A stretch of DNA of 64,000 nucleotides from Octopus sinensis. Lineage: Eukaryota. The notes beneath the pieces were generated by a model. It was not told where the DNA came from and searched no databases. It worked only from the letters and a program-made list of their open reading frames with translations. Positions 11,344-23,699 of the stretch are shown here, piece after piece. The position numbers and the translations under genes are program-made. How positions within the stretch are numbered: position 1 is the stretch's first letter; every line of letters begins with the position of its first letter. The stretch spans positions 73,656,001-73,720,000 of the forward strand of contig NC_043000.1 of the NCBI RefSeq assembly GCF_006345805.1. Reading direction: 5' to 3'.

Positions 11344-12560
11344 TAAGAAAGTTTGTTTGGTAAAGCACGTGGGTGAATATATAAGAAATATAAGAATATA
11401 TAAGCCACAGACGCCAAACAATACCTTCTTTTTAATTCATGCCACCCAAGACACACTAAAACAAACATCCCCTTCAACCTTGCAAGAAGGATATGCACAA
11501 TAGTGTCAGAACAAAATACCAGGAACTTTAGACTGCAAGAACTCAAAAACACCCTAATTGACAGACATTACCCAGCTCAACTCATAGAGGATGGGATCAG
11601 ACGTGCAACAGAAATCAACATAGAAACTTTAAGAAAAGTTCAACACAACAACACACCTTCCCCGAAAATACTACCTTACATATCTACATACAACCCCAGA
11701 AACAAAGAAGCCTTCACCATCATCACCCAGAATTTACCAATACTTCATAAAAACCCAAAATTAAAGGAAATTCTAAACATACACCAAATCATTAAAAGCT
11801 ACAAACAGCCTAAATCACTTAAAAAGATTCTCACAAAGGCAAAATTGTCTTCTAAAATTACGGATGCAAAAGTAAAAAAATGTGGTAGATCGAACTGTGC
11901 AACATGTCCTAACCTATTGGAAGGATCAGAATTCTTCTTTAAAGAGGGACAGAAATTTAAGATCAAATCTAACTTTACTTGTGCCTCTGAAAACATAATT
12001 TATGTTATTAAATGCTCGGGCTGCCACCAAGACTACGTGGGTTCCACGGGACTATCACTCAGGCGCAGATGCACACTGCATCGACAACAGATTGCATTCC
12101 CAGAATATAGAATGATACCTTTTAGTGAGCACATTGAGAAATGCGCAAAGCAACTACTGCCACAATTTTTAATCTTCCCATTTTACCAATGTGCTTTCGG
12201 ATCATCAACACAAATGAGACTGAACAAGGAAACATTCTTCATTGAAAAGTACAAACCCAGACTCAACCATCCGAACATACTGACACAGAGAAATTAACAA
12301 GGAAAAGGGAAAAAAAAAAATTTTTAAGCGATTATCTCCCCTACACCGGAAAAATCACTCACTACCTCCCCTTATTTAGAAATCTCCTGGATAAAAAACA
12401 ACGATAATTCCATGCAATATAAACATAACGTCACAAGAAATTTGAAAAGCTACACGCGAAACCGGTAATTTCTTTAAAAATTTTTTAAATTATGTCATTT
12501 TAAGGAAAGGAAAAAAAATTTTTCCAATATTCTCCAGACATTTTGACACAAATATATATA
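11343..12560 (+). mobile_element. Penelope-like element 3' half: RT thumb, Cys linker and GIY-YIG endonuclease
   Basis: [25 protein letters not shown]; CGRSNCATC; IIYVIKCSGCHQDYVGSTGLSLRRRCTLH; ETFFIEKYKPRLN (ORF 11503-12297). Confidence 0.92.
12435..12474 (+). ncRNA. Minimal type-I hammerhead ribozyme, U3:A8 core variant
   Basis: AAGAAAT-TTGAAAA-GC(tacac)GC-GAA-ACCGGT-A-ATTTCTT: 7-bp stem I, 2-bp stem II, palindromic stem III, GUA site. Confidence 0.7.
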
Positions 12561-12776
12561 TTTTTTAACATTTAAGCCTTCTGTCGTTTTTTCACACTTT
12601 ACTATTTTCTTATATATATATATATATATACTTTATATATAAACATTGCAACGAGAAACTCAGAGTAACAGATTTTGTTGAATTTTCTACTGCTTAAAAT
12701 AAAGCATATTACTCTACCACTGGTATTTGAGTACTCTTTTTTTCCACCTTGTTTCACATTTATGTGTTTACTCTCC

Positions 12777-12840
<64 letters not shown>

Positions 12841-12841
<1 letters not shown>

Positions 12842-13026
12842 TAAATTAGAGATAAAACCACTATTAGGCAAATCAAACAGTGAAAAACATAAGCTAATAC
12901 ATAGAAATAAAATTAATTAATATAATATAATATACAAAATATATAAATATAAAATTCAAAATTTAAATTATTTAAATTTAAAGTTAAAATTAAAAAAATT
13001 ATTTAAGTTATTAATTATACTTATAA

Positions 13027-13087
<61 letters not shown>

Positions 13088-13858
13088 ATCTGAAATGCGA
13101 AAAGTTTGTTTGTCTGGTTTTGGCATTGAGAACGGGTTAAAGGCCACTAGATCCCGTCGAATTGACTCCAAAATTTACAGGGACATGTAAAATGAGGTGA
13201 GGATGCCAGTGGGCTACGTTAGAAATCCCCATCTTAAAAGGTGTCGTTGCTAGGGCCAAAAACGCACTTTGACAAGTCTACTCTCATTCTTTTATGTATC
13301 TGTCTTCCTCCGTCACTCATTCTCTTTCCTCCCTTCCCATCACTTTCTATATATAACGTCGTTTAACAGCATCTAACTCCCCTTCACTTTCTCTTTATAG
13401 CGTTGTGTCACGGCGTTCTATATCTCCCCCTCCTCCCGCCTTCGACAGCACTTTCACACACTCTCTCTCTCTACGTCTGTCTGCATTCATAGAGAGAATT
13501 ATCATCGCCACAACCACCACACAATCATGAGAACAAATATTATGAATCGGATATTTATTGGGTTAATTTATATATGTGTGTGTGTGTTCTATATATAAAT
13601 ATGTATATATAATGTATATATACAAAGTGTATATATCTGTATTTATGTATATTAAACATTTTAATACTTTTTGATAGTTATATATATTTTTTTTAAAATT
13701 ATAAATATAAATTAATAATTTTAATTTTAAATTTAAATAATTTAAATTTTTCAATTTTATATTTTATATATTTTGTATATTATATTTTTATTTTTATGTT
13801 TTGGTTTATGTTTTTCACTGTTTGATTTGCCTATTAGTGGTTTTATCTCTAATTTAAT
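12841..13858. repeat. ~1-kb element with ~190-bp AT-rich inverted arms between (TA)n tracts
   Basis: 12841-13030 pairs with ~13696-13858; arm tip GAGATAAAACCACTATT resembles GAGACAAAACCACTATT at 33990. Confidence 0.8.
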
Positions 13859-14174
13859 TTATACATATATATATATAATAATTTGTATACATTTGTATAT
13901 ATAATACGTGCACACACACACATATATATACATATATATATAATGTGTGCATTATGTGGTCAGTTGACTTGAAAATATGCACACCTATGTTAAAAGTGCT
14001 GGCAAGTTTGCATGACAACTATTTTTTCCTCAAATGAAAGGCGTGACCTCTAGGACAAAATTCCTCATCTTATAAAATGTGGCCCCAGTAGACCCTAATG
14101 AAATCAGGTTATATTAACCAAAATGTGAAAAGGGTCTAAATGGGGCTGGAAGGGGATTAAAATTTAAAGGCGTG

Positions 14175-14560
14175 GGTGTTTAGGAATTCTCTGTTACATC
14201 AAGCTAAAAAATTTGCGCCAGCCTTTTAATCGTCAATGTGTTGCTGTCCATGATGAAGAAGTTTTGAATGCTTGCCATGGTGAGTCTACTGTCGTGAGAA
14301 AGAATCACTTCAAAACTTGGTGTTTAGGAATTTTCTTTTACATCAAGTTCAAAATTTTACACCAGCCGTTAAACTGTCAATACATTGCTATCCGTTGTTA
14401 AGAAATGCCAGCCATGGTGACTCTACTATCCTCAGATTCTATCCCTTCAAACTTTGGTTTCCAATATTTTATTATTTTTATTCAGCTCGCAAGTTCGTCT
14501 GTCCCTTTTAAATGTTAGTGTTTTGCTGTCTGCCTTGAAGCAGACCTTTCCGTTCGGATG
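14175..14560. repeat. Degenerate ~145-bp tandem repeat (2-3 units)
   Basis: GGTGTTTAGGAATT...TACATCAAG...GCCATGGTGA.TCTACT repeated at ~14175 and ~14320, weaker third unit. Confidence 0.7.
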
Positions 14561-14762
14561 GTGCTTTTTATGTGCTGAAAGGAAGCAACAGAAAGTAACA
14601 ACCACACTCTTACCCGTACGTAGAGTGGGTCACCTTAAGCTAGTATATATATATATATTTTATTATTTTATTTTTATTATAATTATTATTTTAATTTTTT
14701 TTTTAATAAATATAACTATCAAAAAATATTGAAAAGTTTAATATAAGATAAAGAGTAATATA

Positions 14763-14810
<48 letters not shown>

Positions 14811-17800
14811 TATATTTGTGCTGTCCCACCAATAAAACTAAAATATCTTATAAAACTCAATGCTTTTCCTCCTTTTTCAATTTTTATCTTTTTAGTTTGC
14901 TATAGCATGTAATTGTTATAGCATATAAGAAAGAACACTATAGTAACTGCCTGTTGCCTTTTCCACATAAGTGTCCATTCAGAAAGATATTGGACAGTTT
15001 TACTTTTCTAATTAAGCTAGAGATAGAAATTAAGTGGAAAAATAAGAGAAAGATTAGTAATGTACTGCTGTAAATAATTTTAGACAACATATGGCAATAT
15101 GTAAGGGACATATGGGGATGGGTAAATCAATTGTCATGTGTTGCCCTTCCTAAGGGTATTACAACATTCATAAAAAAATAACTATAACAAGAAATGAAAC
15201 TGGCAAGATGACTAAAATCATCCAGTATTTTCTCTGACCAAGAGTTAATCTATGATCAATGGCACAGTTCAGCCATGGCAATCCAGTCTGTTTTTCTGAC
15301 ACTATATCTAAGATTTCTTCATACAATGTGCCACTTTTTTTTTAGATAGAAGGGGGTTGATGGATTCAAGGTATTTTTGGCTATTAATTCTGGCATATCA
15401 AAGAACCATGTAGACTTCCCCTCAAAGTAATAACTACAAATAATTTCATAAGAAAAAAGATGAAAAGACAATATCTAAATAGAAAAAGGATAAAAACTTA
15501 ATACAACAAGTACTGTATAACAGTGCTGCAGTTTGAATTCTAACAAGATAATGGAAATGAAAAGCACTTTACCGGAGGTTTTGACAAATCAATCTTCGAA
15601 CTGAAGTAAGACCTAAATCAGCTAAAAGAGATCCTTTTATAGATAATGTATAGGAGGAAAAGATGGAGAGGAGGAGTCAGGTAATCCTCCCACCACTACA
15701 TAGGAGGCGTGGTTAGAGTCTGTTATATTTATGTGCCTCACAACCTTTGTCTACTATTTTTCAATTAATAACTGAGAGTTACTGGTATGGAATGGGACAT
15801 GGGAAAGGAACGAGAAGTGGAAAGGTAGCCTAGAGTAGTTATAGAGTGGATGTGCTGTGTACATGTTCATACATATATACATTCATACAGACTTATGCCA
15901 CACACACATATATGCATATATTTATTGAGAAACATGGATAGAGAAAGAAAAGTGAGTGGCTGGAGACGGTGAGAGGAGAAATAGAGGAAAGAGGATGAGA
16001 GGGAAAATGAAGACTACATGGTAGATTCATTTATCTGACAGGTTTACTAATATAAAACATAAATAATGCCTTAATAGAAACATGCACATGCATACACTGT
16101 GTGTGTGGGTGTGCATGCACACATGCATGCATACAAATTGTTCAAGATATCTATTTTACATGTTTCTTCCACTCTTACCCCTTATGTCACACTTGCAATG
16201 TTTTAAAACCATTGAAGTTCCCAACTAGGTGACTTTTTTCAACACTCGAACAAGTACAGCCATGATTGCATTTTATAAAGTAAAATTGAATGCATTGCAT
16301 GTCGTCCTTCTCTAAGGCATGTCAACAGGTTCTCCTTATTGCCACAATTGATTGGACTTGGTTTTCTACAGCAAATATGAAATATTCATATAAGGAAATT
16401 TTCAAATTGTAACAGCATGCATGAGAACCCATCAGACTGTAAAAAACCCCAAAGTAGAACGTATTGATGGAATGTATCCAAACTAAGTCTGTGTAGCAGA
16501 AATAACATCTCCCTTTCTCTGAGAGAGAGAGAGAGAAAGAGAAAGGGAAGTGGGTGGAGTTGAGCCTAGTACAGAAAGCACTCATGAATTATGTAGTCTT
16601 CTCACTACATGTATTCTTGAACTATTCAGCCCATAGCTACCTATATACTTGTACACTTGAGAAAATGAAGAATAAATAATCTTAGTGAAGGAATACAGAT
16701 CACCAGATTCTCGATAATTGTCAGCCATAACGTGTGCATGTGTGTGTGTGTGTTTTGAAAAAAATCTAAAGAACATTATGCTAATTAATGTTTTCACCTG
16801 AATGCATTTATTTATAGATGTAGTTATATGACATACACTTCTCAGACTTCATAGCAAATCAATATTTTGTACTACTACTAAAAATGGAAGGATATAGTAC
16901 ACAGCTGTTCTGTTTACCCAAAATCACATTAGCATCTGTAAATTGGAACATAAAAATTACGAAAAGTTAATGGCATGCTTGCAGCTGCTCCTTCATGTTA
17001 TTTAGTTGAACAGAAATTTGCTTTTAAATTATATTACCACACATACACCACTACCACTATGGCCCACAAAACTCCAGCTGCTATAAATAGTTTTAAAAGG
17101 AGTTTAAAGAAGAAAAACTTGCTGACAGGATTGTGAAGATGCTGTTATTCACACAATCCAGTCAACAGTAATAATAGTAATGAAATGAAGGAGGTATGCT
17201 ATTGAGGGGACAGATTCTAAATTGGATATGGAGCTATAGGATTTGTGCAGATTATACATGCATACAAGTTGGACTGAGAGATTTTGAACTAAAGACTTTC
17301 CCACCTGAATAACAAAAGTTAGGAGGACAAGATAACATGAGCAGACAAACTTATCAAACTGAAGAATGTGTAACAAAAGTGATGGGACTAGAAAGTTAAG
17401 GAGATGAACAAAGAAAACAATCGTAGAACATTGTTGGGTTCATTCAATTTGTGATTAATATCAGTTTATGGTGTGTATCTGTCCCTAGTCAGATTTTATC
17501 AGTGTGTAGGCTACATGTGGTATGCAACATCCTCATTTAATGTATCTTTGCTGATACATTAAAATACATTTGCAACAATGTCAATGTAAGCAGAACTGAT
17601 ACTACAGTCCTTAGTTTTCCATAAAGTAGATGCGAAAAAATGAGATATGGAGTAATAAAAAAGCCAAAACTCAAACTTCTGAATGGTGCTAAACACTGGA
17701 AGTAATAGGTGGAGTTTGAGAAGGTGATTGTGTTCAGAGCAGGATTCGAAAAAAAGACTTTGCTGTAGAATTGATTCTGCTATAGGAAAACAATGTGGAA

Positions 17801-20239
17801 TGGACAACATGAAATATTTAAAATCTAAAAATACTTGGGGAGACGTGTGGTGCATAAGGATGCATAAGAATTTAGAGTGGGGTGGGGTGGGGTGTTGAGG
17901 ATTTATGACTATATATTCTATAACAAGACTAATTTAGACTTAGGTACTCTGAAAAGGGCTTCACATGTAAGTCTCTAATGATTGGTCATGCAACCAGTCA
18001 TGTGACACTGAAATACTTTGTTGAATCAGGCATTTGGATTGGTCTAGTTTTACACAGGATACAGAATGCATATCCAAACATGTTGTGCAATAGATCAAAC
18101 GCAGCAAATTCTAAATGTTCGTCTGAGCCATTTTTTGTTAATAAATGCATGAAGTTTCTCATTTAGCAGAGTGGGGGAGTTTGTTTTCAGGAAGCCACAT
18201 CACATTATTTTTGTTCCTGTTGAATCATGTGTAACCCAAGTTCAACTGGGTTGAAAAGCCAGCTATGAATGGTTTTCCACAGCCCACTTCCTATGTGAGG
18301 TATTAATCTAGTTCGTTGTATAATTTTATTTAGCTAAAGAATAAAGTTCTGCTGTTAATTGAAAGCTTGTTTTTGGTATTTCCATCATTTCATATGCAAC
18401 TCATGAGAAGCAATATTTTGCATTAAAAGGCCCAGAGACACAACCTTACAGCTAAAATTCAATATCTTATCCAGCTGCCATTGGACTAAGGATGTTTATC
18501 AGAACAGAGATGATTGGTGAAAATAATTCCTTCTTGATATAGTTGAAGTATATAAAAAGAAAACCATGACTGGAAACTAAAACCCCCACCCCCATCAAGT
18601 AATATATCAAAATACTCACTACATAACAAAATAATTACTGAGTGATTGCTGCTGACCCAAACTTGGTGTGGTGATTGTAAGGATGACTAGAGGTAAGAAA
18701 AGCATACTTTGTTGCAAGTCGGAAGAATCTGAACATTCCCTGGCAGCATCAATGCTACTCATAATTGCCAGAAGGAGCAGTTCTGTTGGAAGAAGTGGAA
18801 ATTATTGTGCTCTTCAATTGACAGCTGATAAAGGAGGAAATGTCATGCAATGCATTCTCTGTGAGTGTAATCTACACTTCCTTCCCTCCATGTAGACAGT
18901 TGATGATGGTAATTGTCAGTGAACTAGTCAAATTTTTTATGCTGTTTATAAATAAATTCATATTTGCATGTTTGATAAACACACACACACAAATATATAC
19001 ACTTACATATAAATATATGCTCTCACGCATAAGACATACAAAAACATGTGCATGCACATGTGTAAATATACACACATACACATATATACAAACACACAGT
19101 GGTGGAACTAGAATGTGTACCACCCAGGTCATCCCTTGAATTTGCCATCCCCCAGGCCCTCAAGCCAATATGAACTTGTATAGTAGAGTCAAAAGTGTTG
19201 CCTCCATAAAAGCATCACCTGCGGCAAACTGTCCCTCGTATCCAGTTAACATGTACATACATATACACACACTATTGTTCCATTATGACCTTGGTCTAAT
19301 GATTGAAATCAGTAAAAGAAATATGTACATATTTCTCTCCAGCATTTGCAGAAAATAGAGCTACATAACTTTTAGTTGTAACAGAATTTCACTATTTATT
19401 CCATTTCCTATGATTTGGTGGATGCTGGTTGTCGATTTTCACTAAAAGCTGTGAATTTCTATGCATACTTTGGACTTTCCTGTTGTTCCTGTGTGGCCCA
19501 ACAAATGTGCCAGATTTGATGACCTAACTAATTCAATAGCCAATATATACACAATCAACTGCCACACAGCAACAAGAAGGAAACGAAATGTAGCAGCATG
19601 TGATCTTTGTAAGAAAAGTATGTGAACTTTCAGAACTGATTATTTTATTCAGTTTATTTTACCTTTTATTACAGTATGACTGGATCATCTTTTTAAAACA
19701 TTTGAAACCAGCAGTAGAAGTAGTAGAAGTACCCTGCATTTCCCAGATTAAAGATAATGAGATTTCTTTCAAAAATTTGATGAGTTTTTTCTTAATAATT
19801 ATTGTGATTCTAAGATCACTGGCATAACAAATTTGGTGAGATCAACAACAATAATATACTTGAAATAGAAAACACATAAAAGCAAGTTTTGATAAAACTT
19901 TATATACAACATTGAGCTTTTTCCAGTGGAGTATAAATGAAAAGTCTTTTGAACTTCCAACATATCAGTATCCAACATACAATCGTCCATAAAAGAAGCA
20001 AGGCTCCTCTAAATGCAAACCAGTTACTGATAAAGTCTGTCCAAGTGATTTGTTGATGGACATTGCAAAACTTAGTCTAATTGGAAACTGTACTCATAAA
20101 TTGTACTGGAAAATCAGTAGGTATTAACGGAATACTAGTAATGAATACATTATCACCTGCTCCACATCCAGAGAGTACAGTAGCTTTTATAATTATGTGG
20201 CATAATTTTCTTCACAATAAGTCTTACTCCATTGCACAA

Positions 20240-21225
20240 TTTTGGAGAATCTAAATTTCTTAGAAGCATTTATAGATGCTCCAAGTTTCAAGTCAAGCTT
20301 ATGAGGAGAAAAACTTGGTGGTTCCAATGAGTTTAAAAACTCATCTGGATAAATTATCAAGCTCAATATACGATATAGGAAAAGATTTATTTGGAGTAAA
20401 AGAGAATATCCGATTAGAGAAAGGAAAGCGTGGACCAAGCAGGAGGATCAGGAAAATGCAGCATTTGAGGAAGGAAAAGACCAACCTAAGAAAGCGATGG
20501 CAAGGTGCTACACAAGACGAGAAACCTGGCCTCGCGCTGCTGTATAACGATTTGAAGAGGAAATGTCGTTATGTGCAACGACATATCCGCCGATATGAGT
20601 GTCGAAAGGAGAGTAAAAGGACTCGGGGGCAGTTTCTGATGGACCCATACGGGTTTGCTAAGAAGCTGTTCACTGAACCAAAGAGTGGTTCTTTATCGTG
20701 CACAAAAGAAGAATTGGACGCTCATATCAAAGAAACCTACAGCGATCTAGTAAGATGGAACATATTCTTTCCAACTGTTCATTAGTATTGAACAGGTATA
20801 CATGGAGACGCAACATGGTCCTTAAGGTTATCTTCAATGCTATAAAGAACCAAATTCATCTCACCAAAACAGAAAAAATCGTTAAAAGTACCATCTACAG
20901 ATTTCGTTACCTTCGTGCGACCAGGTCAGCGGATCCGTTTCAAGAAGATCAAGAAACTTCCAGTGAGAAATGAAAAGTGGAACGGCTATTGGGAGGTAAC
21001 TGCAGATTTACCTGGGTGCCAGGTTTTCTTTCCCATCCCAATTACGAAAAAAACAGATATTTTGTTGTGGTGTGAAAGAAGGAAAGTTGTAAATATAGTC
21101 GAGCTAACGGTTCCTCATGAAGATAATATGGACGCCGCTCGGGATCGAAAATTTAACCGTTATGTAAACCTCCTCGAGGAATGTGAAGACGCAGACTGGA
21201 AAGTGGAACATTCTCCAATCGAAGT
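20240..21225 (+). mobile_element. HERO/NeSL-like (R2 superfamily) non-LTR element, left part, RT deleted
   Basis: FLMDPYGFAKKLFTEPKSGSLSCTKEELDAHIKETYSD, then EHILSNC...YTWRRNMVL, then TDILLW..VELTVPHEDN...RK.NRY..PIEV (REL endonuclease). Confidence 0.85.
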
Positions 21226-23334
21226 CACTTGTAAGCTGAACCTAGATAAGTTACAGAGTAGAGGGTCCGGTTACTGGAAACTCAATAAGTCCCATTAGGC
21301 GAACGAAGAGTACAGAAGCCGGATTAAGTTACTGATACAGAGGGCTTTAACAGGTACCATCATTAATAATAAATGGTGGTACGCCCTCAAAAGAGCCATT
21401 AAATTTGAGTCTGTTAGATATAGCATAAGTTTAGTGGCTAGAGAGCGTAAGAGGGAACTAGAACTGGTTAAGGAATTAGAGGAAGCCGTGTTGACTGGTA
21501 GTGCTGCTCAGGCGAAGGCTAAGAGACTGGAATTAAACCAGCACCTCGAGGTCAAACACATGAGATGCATTATCAGGGCTAGACTTCGTGCAATGGGGAG
21601 TGAGGGTATCAATGCTGCTGGATGGGCTCGGGTGGTTGAAACCCAACGTGGAAATGATTCCACAATTCGATCTGTGGAGAACCTACAAGGCGAGATTGTG
21701 AACGAACCCGATGAGATGTGTTAGGCTTTTCAGGAGCACTTTGCACAGCTTTTCGGGAGGGGCGATGGACTGGATGGTAGGTTGGACCTTTCGGACTTCC
21801 CTGCCTGGCTGCCGCGTCTCTCGGGGCAGGATGCTGAGTGCCTCAGGAGCTGAGAGAGGCTATAACGGACTGTAAAGCTGGTAGGGCGCCGGGACTTGAT
21901 GGTTTGCCTTATGAATTGTACAAAAGTATGCCAGACTTGTTTGGGCAAATTCTGGCCGGGGCTTACGCTAACTGGCAGCAGAATGGGTCGATTCCCAGAT
22001 CTTTACACAGGGGAGTGGTGACTCTGGTCAGGAAGGACCCAAACAAGGGAGATAAGATAGACAACTTTAGGCCCATCACTCTGTTAAACGCAGAGGTGAA
22101 GATTTTGGCCAAGGTACTAGCAAAAAGATTGGGGCGGGTCACGAATACTCTGATCGGCAAGGCACAAACCTGTGCCGTCCCCGGCAGAAGCATTCAGGAC
22201 AATCTCCATCTTATACGCTATACCTTAGAAGGGTTTGGTAGTGATTCTGGCAAAGGTGGGGCTTTGGTCCATTTAGACCAGTCAAAAGCATTCGATAGGG
22301 TTGACCATCGATACCTGGTGTCTGTGCTGGCACAGTTTGGGCTGGGTCTTGGCTTTCTTAGGTGGATGATCCAATTATACGATAACATCGATTCAATTGT
22401 TCGGGTGAACGGCTTTCTTTCTAGGCCGTTCTCTATTAAGCGCTCGGTTCGCCAAAGATGTCCGCTCTCGCCGCTTTTGTATGTGATGGCCCTAGAGTCG
22501 TTACTGCGAAAGTTGAGTGGCATCCCGAGGGGGTCGGTTTCAGCATATGCGGATGACATCACCATTATCGTAACCAAGATGGAACACCTACAGAGGGTAG
22601 GTGAAACCCTTAAGGTTTACGAGATGGTGGCAGGAGCAAAGATTAACCGGGAAAAGTCAGTCGGCTTGCAACTCGGCACCTGGAGGGGCAAGTCGATGCC
22701 TTCGGATAGCGTCGTGGGACGTTGGACGGAGGGCCAGGTTAAGCTGCTAGGGGTATGGTTTGGACCAGACCTCCAGGTAGAAAAGAACTGGACAGAGGTA
22801 TTGAGTAAGGTGACCTGCATAATCAAGACCTAGTCTTGGCGGTGGCTATCCTTGAAAGGGAGGTGGAGGTGGCCAATGTGTTTATCGTATCGGTCATCAT
22901 TTACCGCCTAACCGTCGTGCCCTGTCCCGGTTCGTGGTTGAGCAAGCTGGAGAGGCATATCTTCCGCTTTTTGTGGAAGGGCACCACTCCTCTTGTGAGA
23001 CGTTCTATCTGCTGGCAGAAGCCGTTGAATGGAGGACTGGGGATGCCTTGGCTGTTGATGCGCAAACATGCGCTGAGGTTGAGGCATCTCTGGCTACTCC
23101 TGAATGGTGAACAGGTGTGGTCTCCGCTCGCGAAATGGAAATTTCCCAGGTTCACTAATTTTAGTGGACAAGAAAGCTGGTTCCTTTGTAGATCGAGGTT
23201 GGGTACATGGTTTACGGAGTTCCATAAAGCACTCCTACAGTTCCATCGCTCGTTTAATGCTAGCGGTTTTGGTACCACCACATTTTTCTATAGCAGGTTG
23301 GTAGAGGCTGGGAACTTGTGGCTAATAAAGAAAT
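21226..23334 (+). mobile_element. 5'-truncated Tx1/L1-clade LINE nested in the HERO-like element
   Basis: GYWKLN; APGLDGLPYE; FRPITLLNAEVKIL; LDQSKAFDRVDH; CPLSPLLY; AYADD; ends AATAAAGAAA; several stops and frameshifts. Confidence 0.9.
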
Positions 23335-23690
23335 TGGATGTAGAGGGTTCATTGGACACAGTGTGAGATGACTGTTGTTATCGCTAGGCCTAACTTATTG
23401 TAAAGTCAATACCACCATGACCGATATCCAGTCTTCAGTGGAGAGGGTAGCCACTGGATTTGGTTAAAAAGAGACGATGAACGATCGCTAGAAGGATATT
23501 GAGCTTTATTTGATAACCAGCTGATCTAGCAAATGGGTCCTCATATCAGTGAGGGTGCGCATTGATGCCGTCGATAGGCAGGCCCCGAAATGGCGCGCAT
23601 TCTCTCCTGATGACCCCATACACTTGCTGGCTACTGGTATACAGAGTTATTGACTGGTAGCACTTGCATGTGCAAGTTGTTTTGCAAGGC
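23335..23690 (+). mobile_element. HERO-like element, right part and 3' UTR
   Basis: Resumes GCRGFIGHSV (completing PIEV|GCRG), later SHWIWLKRD. Confidence 0.75.
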
Positions 23691-23699
23691 ATCTACTTG

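Noticed and set aside
15573-15621. 49-nt minus-strand exon candidate (AG|CTGATT..CTCCG|GTAAAG), phase-compatible with an N-terminal extension of the EF-hand ORF
   Set aside because: Splice-like signals only; no coding motif or transcript support
18660-18870. Plus-strand donors GAG|GTAAGA and CT|GTGAGT with a possible 36-nt exon
   Set aside because: No connectable exons or recognisable protein
20915-22833. Novel REL-endonuclease/Tx1-RT chimeric protein
   Set aside because: The host element resumes after the Tx1 poly-A, so this is a nested insertion; stops and frameshifts follow the junction
23520-23560. CTAG plus small hairpin as the Helitron 3' end
   Set aside because: Lies within the HERO-like 3' UTR and lacks the expected flanking T
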